From contig JAQGDQ010000779.1 of the NCBI GenBank assembly GCA_030141605.1, positions 1 to 35,871 of the forward strand: a DNA stretch of 35,871 nucleotides. Direction: 5' to 3'. The translations under genes and the position numbers were made by a program. The notes below the pieces were generated by a model. The model did not search any database. It was given only the letters and a program-made list of their open reading frames with translations, and had not been told where the DNA came from. This DNA comes from Tubiluchus corallicola. Taxonomy: Eukaryota; Animalia; Priapulida. Position 1 is the stretch's first letter; the number at the start of each line of letters is the position of its first letter. This document shows positions 9,395-18,140 of the stretch, piece by piece.

Positions 9395-11038
9395 TTAATC
9401 CGTTGATATCGGCGAAGTAGCCGGTAATGCATCAATAATTTGGAATGACGTATTATTTAAAGGGTTAGTATCAATAGCATTATAAGTAAGCTCCCTTGCA
9501 GATATAACATTTATTCCAATTTCCTGAACAGTGTTTACATCTCCTGTAACGTCAAAACTTATTGTTACCTCTGCAAAAGCTAAAGCAGATGGAATATCTA
9601 CAACGCTGTATGGCCCTGGACCCGACCCTGGAAGTAATGTTCCCTCGCTCACAGTAACATTGCTGATAGTAGCTGCTCCCCCGTCCAATACAAAATCAAA
9701 CTCCCAGATTGGATTCCATGCCAAGTCTCCTGTTATCATAATCAAATCAAAAGATACAGGCGTGGTAACATTACCAGATGGAGCATCAGTACCACTGGCC
9801 GAATTACATATATTGCCTGAGCTTGGGGCAGCATAAACATCAAAAGAACTAAGACCTACAGGATCTGGGCATAGTGGAGGCGTAGCATCTGGTACAGGTA
9901 GAAGGCCTGGCATAGTGCCTGGCATAGGTAGAAGGACTGGCATAGTACCTGCAGCAGAAGAATTAGAAATTATCTCAACGGTAAATGACTCTCCTGCACT
10001 TTTATTACCACTCTCATCAGTTACATAATAGGTAACAATCGAAACACCCTCACTAAACTCAGTGCCACTAGCACTGCCTGCTGTCTCAGGCTGATCTGTC
10101 GCTCCCGATATTTTATAACTAACATATAAGGAAGATGGAGAAGAGCAATTATCAGAAACTCTGTCCAAAGGTAGCTCAATACCATTAATAGCAGTTACTC
10201 GAGTAACATAATCTTCTACGCACTCTATTACTGACATATCTATTAAACTGCTTATCACCGGACGAATAGTGTCAAGGACAGAAACAACAGCACTGCTGTA
10301 GCTACTATTTCCACAAAGATCAGAAACAGCAATAACGACCCCATTACTTCCAATACTTTCACAATCAAATGAAATAGCATCTTCAGAATCTATTGACAAT
10401 ACAAGATCGCCAGCCTCTGTGTGATTATCACTCATTGTGTTGATAACCATTTCGGGGGTAACAGTCACAATCCCTGCATTATCCAAGTAAACTGTAACAC
10501 TGTTAACCGTAATAACAGGAGCTGTCTTATCTATAGCAACATGATAAACAGACCAGTTATTAAACTCACAAACACTCAGACCATCCCCATAAGCATTAAG
10601 TTGCCTGATAGCAATCCATGACTCGCTCACATCTGCATCGTCCCAGTCTATATTCAGAATAAAATCAGTATCGGGTAGTATTCTCCTCTCCTTATAATAG
10701 CTACTTACCGGAATTGTTGAAGTCGTTGTGCTTATCGAACCTGGAGCGTTATTGGTAATCGTTCCACCATAAACACGACACTCAACAAAATCACCAATAT
10801 GGTCACTTGTGCCTCCGTCATAATCTGTATCAAGAGGAAAAGTAAACTGGCCTGTGCTTCCCGGACACACTACAAGAGGTGTATCAAAATGTCCATCTTG
10901 TCCTGAAGATGGGGTTACAGCACTCACCGGAGGAAGTACCTGCCCCGAAGTATTGGGGGCAAATAATATGTGCAACAAGGCGAATAATATGACAATTGTA
11001 AAGCGTAGCACTCTTTTAGTTAGATTAGTAAGCTTCAA
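9395..11038 (-). CDS. secreted HYR/Ig-like domain protein with C-terminal LPATSPISTD tail
   Basis: Signal peptide after a TTG start; HYR-like repeats (DKTAPVI...SDLCGN; DTIRPVI...SDNCS...GVSIVTYYVTDESGN); Pro-rich linker; no T9SS CTD. Confidence 0.8.
   Translation of the reverse strand: MKLTNLTKRVLRFTIVILFALLHILFAPNTSGQVLPPVSAVTPSSGQDGHFDTPLVVCPGSTGQFTFPLDTDYDGGTSDHIGDFVECRVYGGTITNNAPGSISTTTSTIPVSSYYKERRILPDTDFILNIDWDDADVSESWIAIRQLNAYGDGLSVCEFNNWSVYHVAIDKTAPVITVNSVTVYLDNAGIVTVTPEMVINTMSDNHTEAGDLVLSIDSEDAISFDCESIGSNGVVIAVSDLCGNSSYSSAVVSVLDTIRPVISSLIDMSVIECVEDYVTRVTAINGIELPLDRVSDNCSSPSSLYVSYKISGATDQPETAGSASGTEFSEGVSIVTYYVTDESGNKSAGESFTVEIISNSSAAGTMPVLLPMPGTMPGLLPVPDATPPLCPDPVGLSSFDVYAAPSSGNICNSASGTDAPSGNVTTPVSFDLIMITGDLAWNPIWEFDFVLDGGAATISNVTVSEGTLLPGSGPGPYSVVDIPSALAFAEVTISFDVTGDVNTVQEIGINVISARELTYNAIDTNPLNNTSFQIIDALPATSPISTD
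9889..9948. repeat. 30-bp in-frame tandem duplication encoding a Pro-rich linker
   Basis: ctggtacaggtagaaggcctggcatagtgc followed by ctggcataggtagaaggactggcatagtac; encodes GTMPVLLPMP-GTMPGLLPVP. Confidence 0.8.
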
Positions 11039-11426
11039 TTAGTTTTTTACTGAATAAAAGCAGTAACAAATATTTTTAAGTTTTTGGTTTTTACTCCTTG
11101 CCTCAACCACAGAAGGTGGTTAATCTTCTTTTCATGTTGGATGAACAAGGCGTGCTTTAAAATCTATCAATGAACCCTGGGATTATCTAAAAGGCTAAAA
11201 AATAGTTTAAATCTCTATTACTTTTAAGTGCGATTAGATTTTTCCCTTTTACAAAGACTTAACGCACCCAGTAAAAAAATATTTTATATTTTAATGTAAA
11301 AACATTTTTTTTATTGAGATATTTTATATAATACACCCAAAAACTTTATATGAAACACCGCGTACTCTCTGCTATTCACCTCACTTCTGCGGAATAGAAA
11401 AAAATTAGCATATTTGCAAAAAAACT

Positions 11427-12140
11427 ATGGCACGAATCCTCAACTTAGAGTTTTCAACAGAATCTTGCTCTGTTTCCCTGTCTTTTGATGGAAAACTGGC
11501 AGAGGTGGAGGAGAATAGGGAGGGGTTAAACCACGCAAGCCTTCTCACCGTTTTTATTAAGCGTATCCTGCAACTGCAAAACATTGACGTGCACAACCTG
11601 GATGCTATTGCAATATCTGAAGGGCCGGGATCCTATACAGGGCTACGTATTGGAACATCTGTAGCAAAAGGAATATGCTATGCAACGGGACTGCCTCTTA
11701 TTTCAATATCCACGCTCAAGGCTATGGCAAAGCATGTTGCAGACAATACCCAAAAATATAACCTCCCCAAAAATGACTCCACCGTTTTCTGTCCAATGAT
11801 AGATGCGAGGAGAATGGAGGTGTACAACGCTGTTTACTCAAAAAAAAACGAGCAGGTAAAAGGTGTAAGTGCAGACATAATTACGGATAGCTCATACTCT
11901 GACTTACTTGAAAACGGGAATGTCATTTTTTTTGGAAATGGAGCAGGCAAGTGCCGCAATACAATAAACCATCCCAATGCCCTGTTCGTTGAATGCATAC
12001 ACGCCTCTGCAAAGCACATGGGGCCCCTTTCTGAGCAAGCCTTTAACAATAATAACTTTGTAGACACTGCATACTATGAGCCCCTCTACCTGAAAAACTT
12101 TATCCCGACAACACCAAAAAAAAAACTATTTGACTCCTGA
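11427..12140 (+). CDS. tsaB: tRNA threonylcarbamoyladenosine biosynthesis protein TsaB
   Basis: GPGSYTGLRIG, PMIDARRMEVY and YEPLYLK motifs. Confidence 0.96.
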   Translation: MARILNLEFSTESCSVSLSFDGKLAEVEENREGLNHASLLTVFIKRILQLQNIDVHNLDAIAISEGPGSYTGLRIGTSVAKGICYATGLPLISISTLKAMAKHVADNTQKYNLPKNDSTVFCPMIDARRMEVYNAVYSKKNEQVKGVSADIITDSSYSDLLENGNVIFFGNGAGKCRNTINHPNALFVECIHASAKHMGPLSEQAFNNNNFVDTAYYEPLYLKNFIPTTPKKKLFDS

Positions 12141-12427
12141 ACAAGGCTTTTCTCCATTCTATCAACATACTTTGAACATTTTTATTAACTTCGCGCCATA
12201 CTGATCATACATATTTTCCTACCCTGACTGAAATACAAAATGAACCCTTCACAAGGCTCTAAATTCAGACCAGGAAAAATTCGAGGAAAGCACACTCTAC
12301 CTGAATAAATGAAGGTTGTGACAAGAACTTGGACAAAAATATTAAATAAAGAGATGAGCTTTGTAAAGATCCCAACATGTAACTTTAGTCTGCTCTCACA
12401 AATAATAAAATTTTAAAACATAAAACA

Positions 12428-12997
12428 ATGGCTACTACATCAGACTTTCGCAACGGCCTGTGTCTGGAATTTAATGGACAACTTGTGCAAATAGTTCAAT
12501 TTCAACATGTAAAACCAGGGAAAGGGGCAGCTTTCGTTCGTACCAAGCTAAAGAACCTTAAAACAGGGAAAGTTGTGGAAAACACCTTTAATGCCGGAGT
12601 AAAAGTTACAGTTGCACGCATAGAGCGACGCCCATACCAGTATCTATATCGGGATGATCTTGGATTTAACTTTATGCACTCTGAAACATTTGAGCAGATA
12701 TCCATAGCTCCTGAAATGATAGAAAACAGTGATATGCTTAAAGAAGGTATGAAGCTGGAAATAGTCTTTCACGCCGAAACAGAAACAGCCCTGACAGTTG
12801 AACTACCTCCCTTTGTAGAAATGGAGGTTACTTATGCCGAACCCGGAGAAAAGGGAAACACAGCATCATCTACCGCACTTAAAATGGCAGAAACAGAAAC
12901 AGGAGCAAAAATAATGGTGCCTATTTTCATTAACCAAGGAGACATAATCAAAGTAGACACACGCGACAGATCCTATAGCGAGCGAGTAAAAAAATAG
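12428..12997 (+). CDS. efp: elongation factor P
   Basis: [20 protein letters not shown]; PGEKGNTA...ETGA.I.VP.FINQGD.IKVDTR. Confidence 0.98.
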   Translation: MATTSDFRNGLCLEFNGQLVQIVQFQHVKPGKGAAFVRTKLKNLKTGKVVENTFNAGVKVTVARIERRPYQYLYRDDLGFNFMHSETFEQISIAPEMIENSDMLKEGMKLEIVFHAETETALTVELPPFVEMEVTYAEPGEKGNTASSTALKMAETETGAKIMVPIFINQGDIIKVDTRDRSYSERVKK

Positions 12998-13011
12998 CAC
13001 CGCCACAGAAA

Positions 13012-14250
13012 TTAGCTAATCACGCCTAGCTCCTTCCCTATTTTCACAAATGCAGACACTGCCCTGTCTATATGCTCCTTCTTATGTGCAGCTGACAATT
13101 GCACCCTTATGCGTGCTTCTCCCTTAGGAACAACAGGGTAATAAAAACCTATTACATAAATACCTTCATCCAGCAGGCGGGAAGCGAAATCTTGCGACAA
13201 CTTGGCATCATAAAGCATCACCGCGCATATCGCTGACCTGCACCACCTCTCACTGCTATTACTTGTAGAACCACACCTATCTCCACCTGCCGACTTTATA
13301 TCAAAACCAGCCTCCTTCATGCGTGAAGCAAAATGAAAAGTGTTCATGTGCAGCCTCTCCTGTAGCTCTGTTGCCTCCGCCATCATATCAAACATACTTA
13401 TACCCGCATTGACAACAACAGGAGGTAGCGAATTTGAAAACAGGTATGGGCGAGAACGCTGACGCAACATTTCAATAATCTCTCTCTTTCCGGTTGTAAA
13501 ACCGCCAATAGCACCACCAAAAGCTTTTCCCAGGGTGCCAGTAATAATATCTACTCTGCCTCTCATATCAAACGCCTCTGTTATACCACGCCCGGTTTTG
13601 CCTATAACTCCTGCTGAATGGCACTCATCCACCATTGTAAGAGCATCATACTTATCTGCCAGCTCTACAATCTTATCCAGTGGTGCCACATTGCCATCCA
13701 TAGAAAACACACCATCAGTAACAATTATACGAAAACGTAAACCCTTTGACCTCTTCAACTGCTCTTCAAGATCATGCATATCTGCATTTTTATATCTGAA
13801 ACGCTGTGCCTTGCACAACCTTACTCCATCAATAATCGATGCGTGATTTAACGAATCTGATATAATCGCATCCTCTGCTGTAAGAAGTGGCTCAAACACG
13901 CCACCGTTCGCATCAAAACAGGCAGCGTAAAGAATGGTGTCATCTGTCCCAAAAAACTCAGCAACCCTCCGCTCTAAAGTCCTATGCATATCAGTTGTAC
14001 CACATATAAACCGCACAGATGACATCCCAAACCCATGAGAATCAAGTGCCTCTTTTGCTGCACTAATCAACCTTGGATGATTAGATAACCCAAGATAATT
14101 ATTAGAACAAAAATTTACTACCCTTTTCCCACTATCTAGATCTATTTCTGCATCCTGGGGAGAGGTGATAACTCGCTCCTCCTTAAACAACCCTGCCTCT
14201 CTTATTAACTGAAGTTCCTTTTGAAGATACTGCTCCATTTTTCCGAACAT
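13012..14250 (-). CDS. kbl: glycine C-acetyltransferase (2-amino-3-ketobutyrate CoA ligase)
   Basis: NFCSNNYLGLS, SSVRFICGT, TDGVFSMDG, GTLGKA (PLP lysine), RQRSRPYLFSN and ARIRVQLSAAH. Confidence 0.96.
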   Translation of the reverse strand: MFGKMEQYLQKELQLIREAGLFKEERVITSPQDAEIDLDSGKRVVNFCSNNYLGLSNHPRLISAAKEALDSHGFGMSSVRFICGTTDMHRTLERRVAEFFGTDDTILYAACFDANGGVFEPLLTAEDAIISDSLNHASIIDGVRLCKAQRFRYKNADMHDLEEQLKRSKGLRFRIIVTDGVFSMDGNVAPLDKIVELADKYDALTMVDECHSAGVIGKTGRGITEAFDMRGRVDIITGTLGKAFGGAIGGFTTGKREIIEMLRQRSRPYLFSNSLPPVVVNAGISMFDMMAEATELQERLHMNTFHFASRMKEAGFDIKSAGGDRCGSTSNSSERWCRSAICAVMLYDAKLSQDFASRLLDEGIYVIGFYYPVVPKGEARIRVQLSAAHKKEHIDRAVSAFVKIGKELGVIS

Positions 14251-14316
14251 AACTAACTAGTATTTTAATGATTACAGCTGCCTGACTAATATCAATCACT
14301 CTTACACTTAGCTATC

Positions 14317-14324
14317 CAAATTTA
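14317..14324 (-). promoter_or_regulatory. possible -7 promoter element for kbl
   Basis: Minus strand reads TAaaTTTG about 65 nt upstream of the kbl start. Confidence 0.35.
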
Positions 14325-14448
14325 TTCGCCAAGTTATAAAAAACCTGCATTTGAATTCCTACATATAAACCTTTTTTCAAACAGATGTAAACCTCTACCC
14401 ATATATCTCTAATAAACAACCTACTAACTTCATAAAAACCTCCAGGTA

Positions 14449-14577
14449 TAAAACTTCTATAAAACAAAACTTCGGCTCGCACCGAAGAAAAGCCCAGTAA
14501 AAAACCACACTCTGTCGGCACAAATGAGGATTCTGACGAAAATATTTAATAAAAAGTCAAAACTTATAAAAGGCTTA
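14449..14577. repeat. dispersed MITE-like repeat, copy 2
   Basis: Core 14517-14556 is 37/40 identical to 318-357. Confidence 0.7.
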
Positions 14578-14733
14578 AAAATAAGCCATATAGAAGCATT
14601 AACACATACTCACCTACTATGGTCTATTGAAAACACTTGACATATTATAAACAACTCCCATTTTTTATATACACTATTTTAAGCATATTTACACACAAAA
14701 TAGACCTAAACTCACTTTCAGAGAACAGAAGCT

Positions 14734-14860
14734 AAGACCTTTGCAAAACAAAAACTTTTGTTCATACTGAGAAAAACCTAATGAAAAACCGCAGTTTGCC
14801 AGCATAAATAAGAATTTTGATGAAAATTTCAAGTAAAAAATGTGGTTTGCAAAGACCTCA
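14734..14860. repeat. dispersed MITE-like repeat, copy 3, with imperfect terminal inverted repeats
   Basis: Ends read agacctttgcaaaac ... gtttgcaaagacct; internal gcataaataagaattttgatgaaaattt aligns with the core of copies 1 and 2. Confidence 0.6.
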
Positions 14861-14948
14861 AAATAAATAAATGTATAGCAGAAGGCATAAACTATAATAC
14901 CCTGTCTTCTAAAAATTTAAGCAAACTAATAATTTAATATACTGTTAT

Positions 14949-17900
14949 ATGAAAAAAAAAATGGCAAGGGTGCACCATAAAGCAGTGCACTTTTATAGAA
15001 CTATTATCACTACACAAATCATGCTTTCTCTATTTTTTGCAGGAGTACTACTGGCAAACAACTCTGTAGCAAACGTAGCTCCTTTTGAGAATAGTGGTAA
15101 TGAGAGTGAGCAGTCGGGCAAGATAACGGGAAAAGTAACAGACTCATCAGAACAGCCATTTCCGGGAGTAACTATCATTGTAAAGGGAACTACAAAAGGC
15201 GTGATAACAGATAGAGACGGGAGCTTTTCCATTACAGATATCACAGGTGATGAGGTGCTGGTATTCTCCTTCGTAGGCATGCAATCGGTAGAAGTTGCCA
15301 TTAAAGGAAGAGACTCTGTCAATATCCGTATGGAAGAAGATGCTATTGGACTGGAAGAAGTAGTCGCCGTAGGGTATGGAACACAGAAAAAAGTAAATTT
15401 AACAGGTGCTATATCTACTGTAAATATTGATGAAACAACACAAAATCGCCCCATTACAGATGCTTCGCAAGTTTTATCAGGAAAAGTAACCGGGGTATGG
15501 GTAAGTCAAAACTCTGGAGCACCGGGCAATGACGAAGCATCGCTACGCGTAAGGGGATTTGGTACAATGAATAACGCAAACCCTTTAATTTTGATTGATG
15601 GCGTTGAAGGGTTAATTTCCGAAGTAAACCCTAACGACATTGAATCAGTAAGCGTGTTAAAAGATGCCTCCTCCGCTGCAATATATGGCAGTCGTGCAGC
15701 AAATGGGGTGATTCTTATAACCACAAAATCAGGCACTAACAACAACAAAATTAAAATAAACTATAACGGCTACTTCGGGATTCAAAAACTGGGAAGGAAA
15801 TATGACCTTATTGACAATAGCGCTGAACATATGGGAATATGGAACCAGGCAGTCATCAACTCAGGAGGAGACAAACTGTTTCCCGACGATGTAGTAGACG
15901 CTTTTCTTACAGGAACAGATAAATATGTTTACCCCAACACCAATTTCTTTGATGAAGTTATGCAGGTTGCGGGAATAACAGAACACAACATCTCTGTAAT
16001 GTCGGGCTCTGAAAAAGCCAGTTACTACCTGAGCATAGGTTATTTGGATCAGGATGGCATTGTTAAAAACACAGACGCTCAAAAATTCAATACAAAACTT
16101 AACACAGACTTTGTAATATCCGACAAGCTTAAAGCCGGTGCGAAATTTCATATCATGCAAAGAAGCTACACTCAACCTTACGATGGTGTAGGAAGAATGT
16201 TTTATATGATGGCCAATGGGTATCCGTTTATTGCACCATACACAAAAGAAGGACTACCCGGAGCAACAGAAGCTATTTATCTCTCAGGAGAGAGAGAAGG
16301 TGAGCCCATTGTGGATACCAGAAACCCAATAGCAGAAATTTTGAACGGAGAAGACACCCGAGCAAGGAACTTTTATAAAATAACATTCTACAGTAGTGCA
16401 GAGGTTTATGACGGGCTAAAGTGGAACATCAACTACTCTGCAAGAAACAGTGACGAAATAAGAGATCGCTATAATGAAGATATCTTCTGCTACGGCTCAA
16501 ATGGATACAAAACCCGTAATCTCGACTTCCCGACAGTAATAAATAACTACAGGCGTGCATATCAAAGATATCACTGGACTGCTTTTTCCACCCTCAACTA
16601 CACCAAGAAGGTTAAAGAAAACCACGAAACCAGCTTGATTGCAGGAGTACAGGCAGAGGAGAGAACACTTAAATGGGTAAGTGCACAAAAATCTGATCCG
16701 CCCAAAGATGGGATGACCGAAGTAGATGCCGGAACATCCAACTCAATTGCGGAAGGAAACTCAAGCCAATGGAGGATGCTCTCATACTTTGGGCGATTTG
16801 ACTATGCTTTCAAAGGAAAATACCTTTTGGAAGGCAATATTAGAGCAGATGCCTCTTCAAGATTTAAAGAAGAGAACAGATGGGGAATATTCCCTTCATT
16901 CTCCGCTGGATGGAGACTCTCAGAGGAGAATTTTCTGAATAGTGTCAGCTGGCTTGACAACCTGAAAGTAAGAGCATCATGGGGACAATTAGGAAACCAG
17001 AATATATACTCTCAGGCCGGTGACTACGCATACCTGACAACCATTACACAAAACAATAAAACAAGCTATAACCTCAACGGACAGCTCCAGCCAGGTGCTG
17101 CAATCACTCAGATAACCGATGAAGAGATATCCTGGGAAACAACAGAAACAGCAAATATCGGAATAGACGCATCCTTTTTTAATGGCAGACTATCTCTAGA
17201 AACAGACTACTTCCGCCGCAAAACATTTGATATACTGGTGCAACTACCAATTCCCGGTATCCTTGGAGGAGTAAAGCCCCCACTCGAAAACGTTGGAGCA
17301 ATGAAAAATGAAGGATTAGAATTTGCAGCTTTGTGGCGTGCCAAACCGGGATCAAAGTTTTATTACAGCGCTGGAGCAAACATATCCTACGTTGATAATA
17401 AAGTAACAACTTTTAGAGGGGGTAGCTCTCCTGACCAGCTTTACCTGATTAGAGAAGGGTACTCTTACAAAACTTTGTATGGCTATAAGGCAATTGGAGT
17501 TTATCAAACTGACGAAGAGGCAAAAAAGCACCTACCAAACAACTCTTATACTCCTAAAGCAGGGCATCTCATCTTTCAGGATGTAAACAATGATGGCAAA
17601 ATCGACTATGAAGACAAACAGGAGCTCGGCAACACCATACCAAAAATTACTTACGGCATCAACCTAGATATGAACTATAGCAATTTCAACCTCTCTATAC
17701 TATGTATAGGAGCTGGCAAGGTAAACTCATATATGATGAACGCATGGACTTCACCACTGGGAATCTCTGGAGGAACAGTCACAAAAAGATGGCGTGATGC
17801 ATGGAGCCCCGAAAACCCCAGCAACACCCTTCCTATGATTATTATTAATGACACCTGGAACAGATACGATTCCTCATTCTGGGTACAAGACATATCTTTC

Positions 17901-18122
17901 TTTAAGATAAAAAATGTACAGCTTGGATACTCCATTCATGAATCGCTCGTCAAAAAACTAAAAACAGAAAAAATTTATCTATACATGAACATATCTGACC
18001 TACATACTTTCGTCAATAGTAACTACGAAGGGTTTGACCCCGAAAGAGATACATTCTCTTCAGGGTATAACCCATACCCTTTAGCTACAAAATTCTCCTT
18101 CGGCATAAATCTGACACTATAA
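14949..18122 (+). CDS. susC: SusC/RagA family TonB-dependent transporter
   Basis: N-terminal CarboxypepD-like domain, LEEVVAVGYGTQKK..LTGA, LKDASSAAIYGSRAANGVILITTK, WETT and a terminal FGINLTL. Confidence 0.97.
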   Translation: MKKKMARVHHKAVHFYRTIITTQIMLSLFFAGVLLANNSVANVAPFENSGNESEQSGKITGKVTDSSEQPFPGVTIIVKGTTKGVITDRDGSFSITDITGDEVLVFSFVGMQSVEVAIKGRDSVNIRMEEDAIGLEEVVAVGYGTQKKVNLTGAISTVNIDETTQNRPITDASQVLSGKVTGVWVSQNSGAPGNDEASLRVRGFGTMNNANPLILIDGVEGLISEVNPNDIESVSVLKDASSAAIYGSRAANGVILITTKSGTNNNKIKINYNGYFGIQKLGRKYDLIDNSAEHMGIWNQAVINSGGDKLFPDDVVDAFLTGTDKYVYPNTNFFDEVMQVAGITEHNISVMSGSEKASYYLSIGYLDQDGIVKNTDAQKFNTKLNTDFVISDKLKAGAKFHIMQRSYTQPYDGVGRMFYMMANGYPFIAPYTKEGLPGATEAIYLSGEREGEPIVDTRNPIAEILNGEDTRARNFYKITFYSSAEVYDGLKWNINYSARNSDEIRDRYNEDIFCYGSNGYKTRNLDFPTVINNYRRAYQRYHWTAFSTLNYTKKVKENHETSLIAGVQAEERTLKWVSAQKSDPPKDGMTEVDAGTSNSIAEGNSSQWRMLSYFGRFDYAFKGKYLLEGNIRADASSRFKEENRWGIFPSFSAGWRLSEENFLNSVSWLDNLKVRASWGQLGNQNIYSQAGDYAYLTTITQNNKTSYNLNGQLQPGAAITQITDEEISWETTETANIGIDASFFNGRLSLETDYFRRKTFDILVQLPIPGILGGVKPPLENVGAMKNEGLEFAALWRAKPGSKFYYSAGANISYVDNKVTTFRGGSSPDQLYLIREGYSYKTLYGYKAIGVYQTDEEAKKHLPNNSYTPKAGHLIFQDVNNDGKIDYEDKQELGNTIPKITYGINLDMNYSNFNLSILCIGAGKVNSYMMNAWTSPLGISGGTVTKRWRDAWSPENPSNTLPMIIINDTWNRYDSSFWVQDISFFKIKNVQLGYSIHESLVKKLKTEKIYLYMNISDLHTFVNSNYEGFDPERDTFSSGYNPYPLATKFSFGINLTL

Positions 18123-18140
18123 CACATAAAAATACTAATC

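Noticed and set aside
8424-11038. diversity-generating retroelement or canonical type V pilus
   Set aside because: No reverse transcriptase or adenine-specific repeat pair; the proteins lack clear lipoprotein signal peptides and recognisable FimA/Mfa features.
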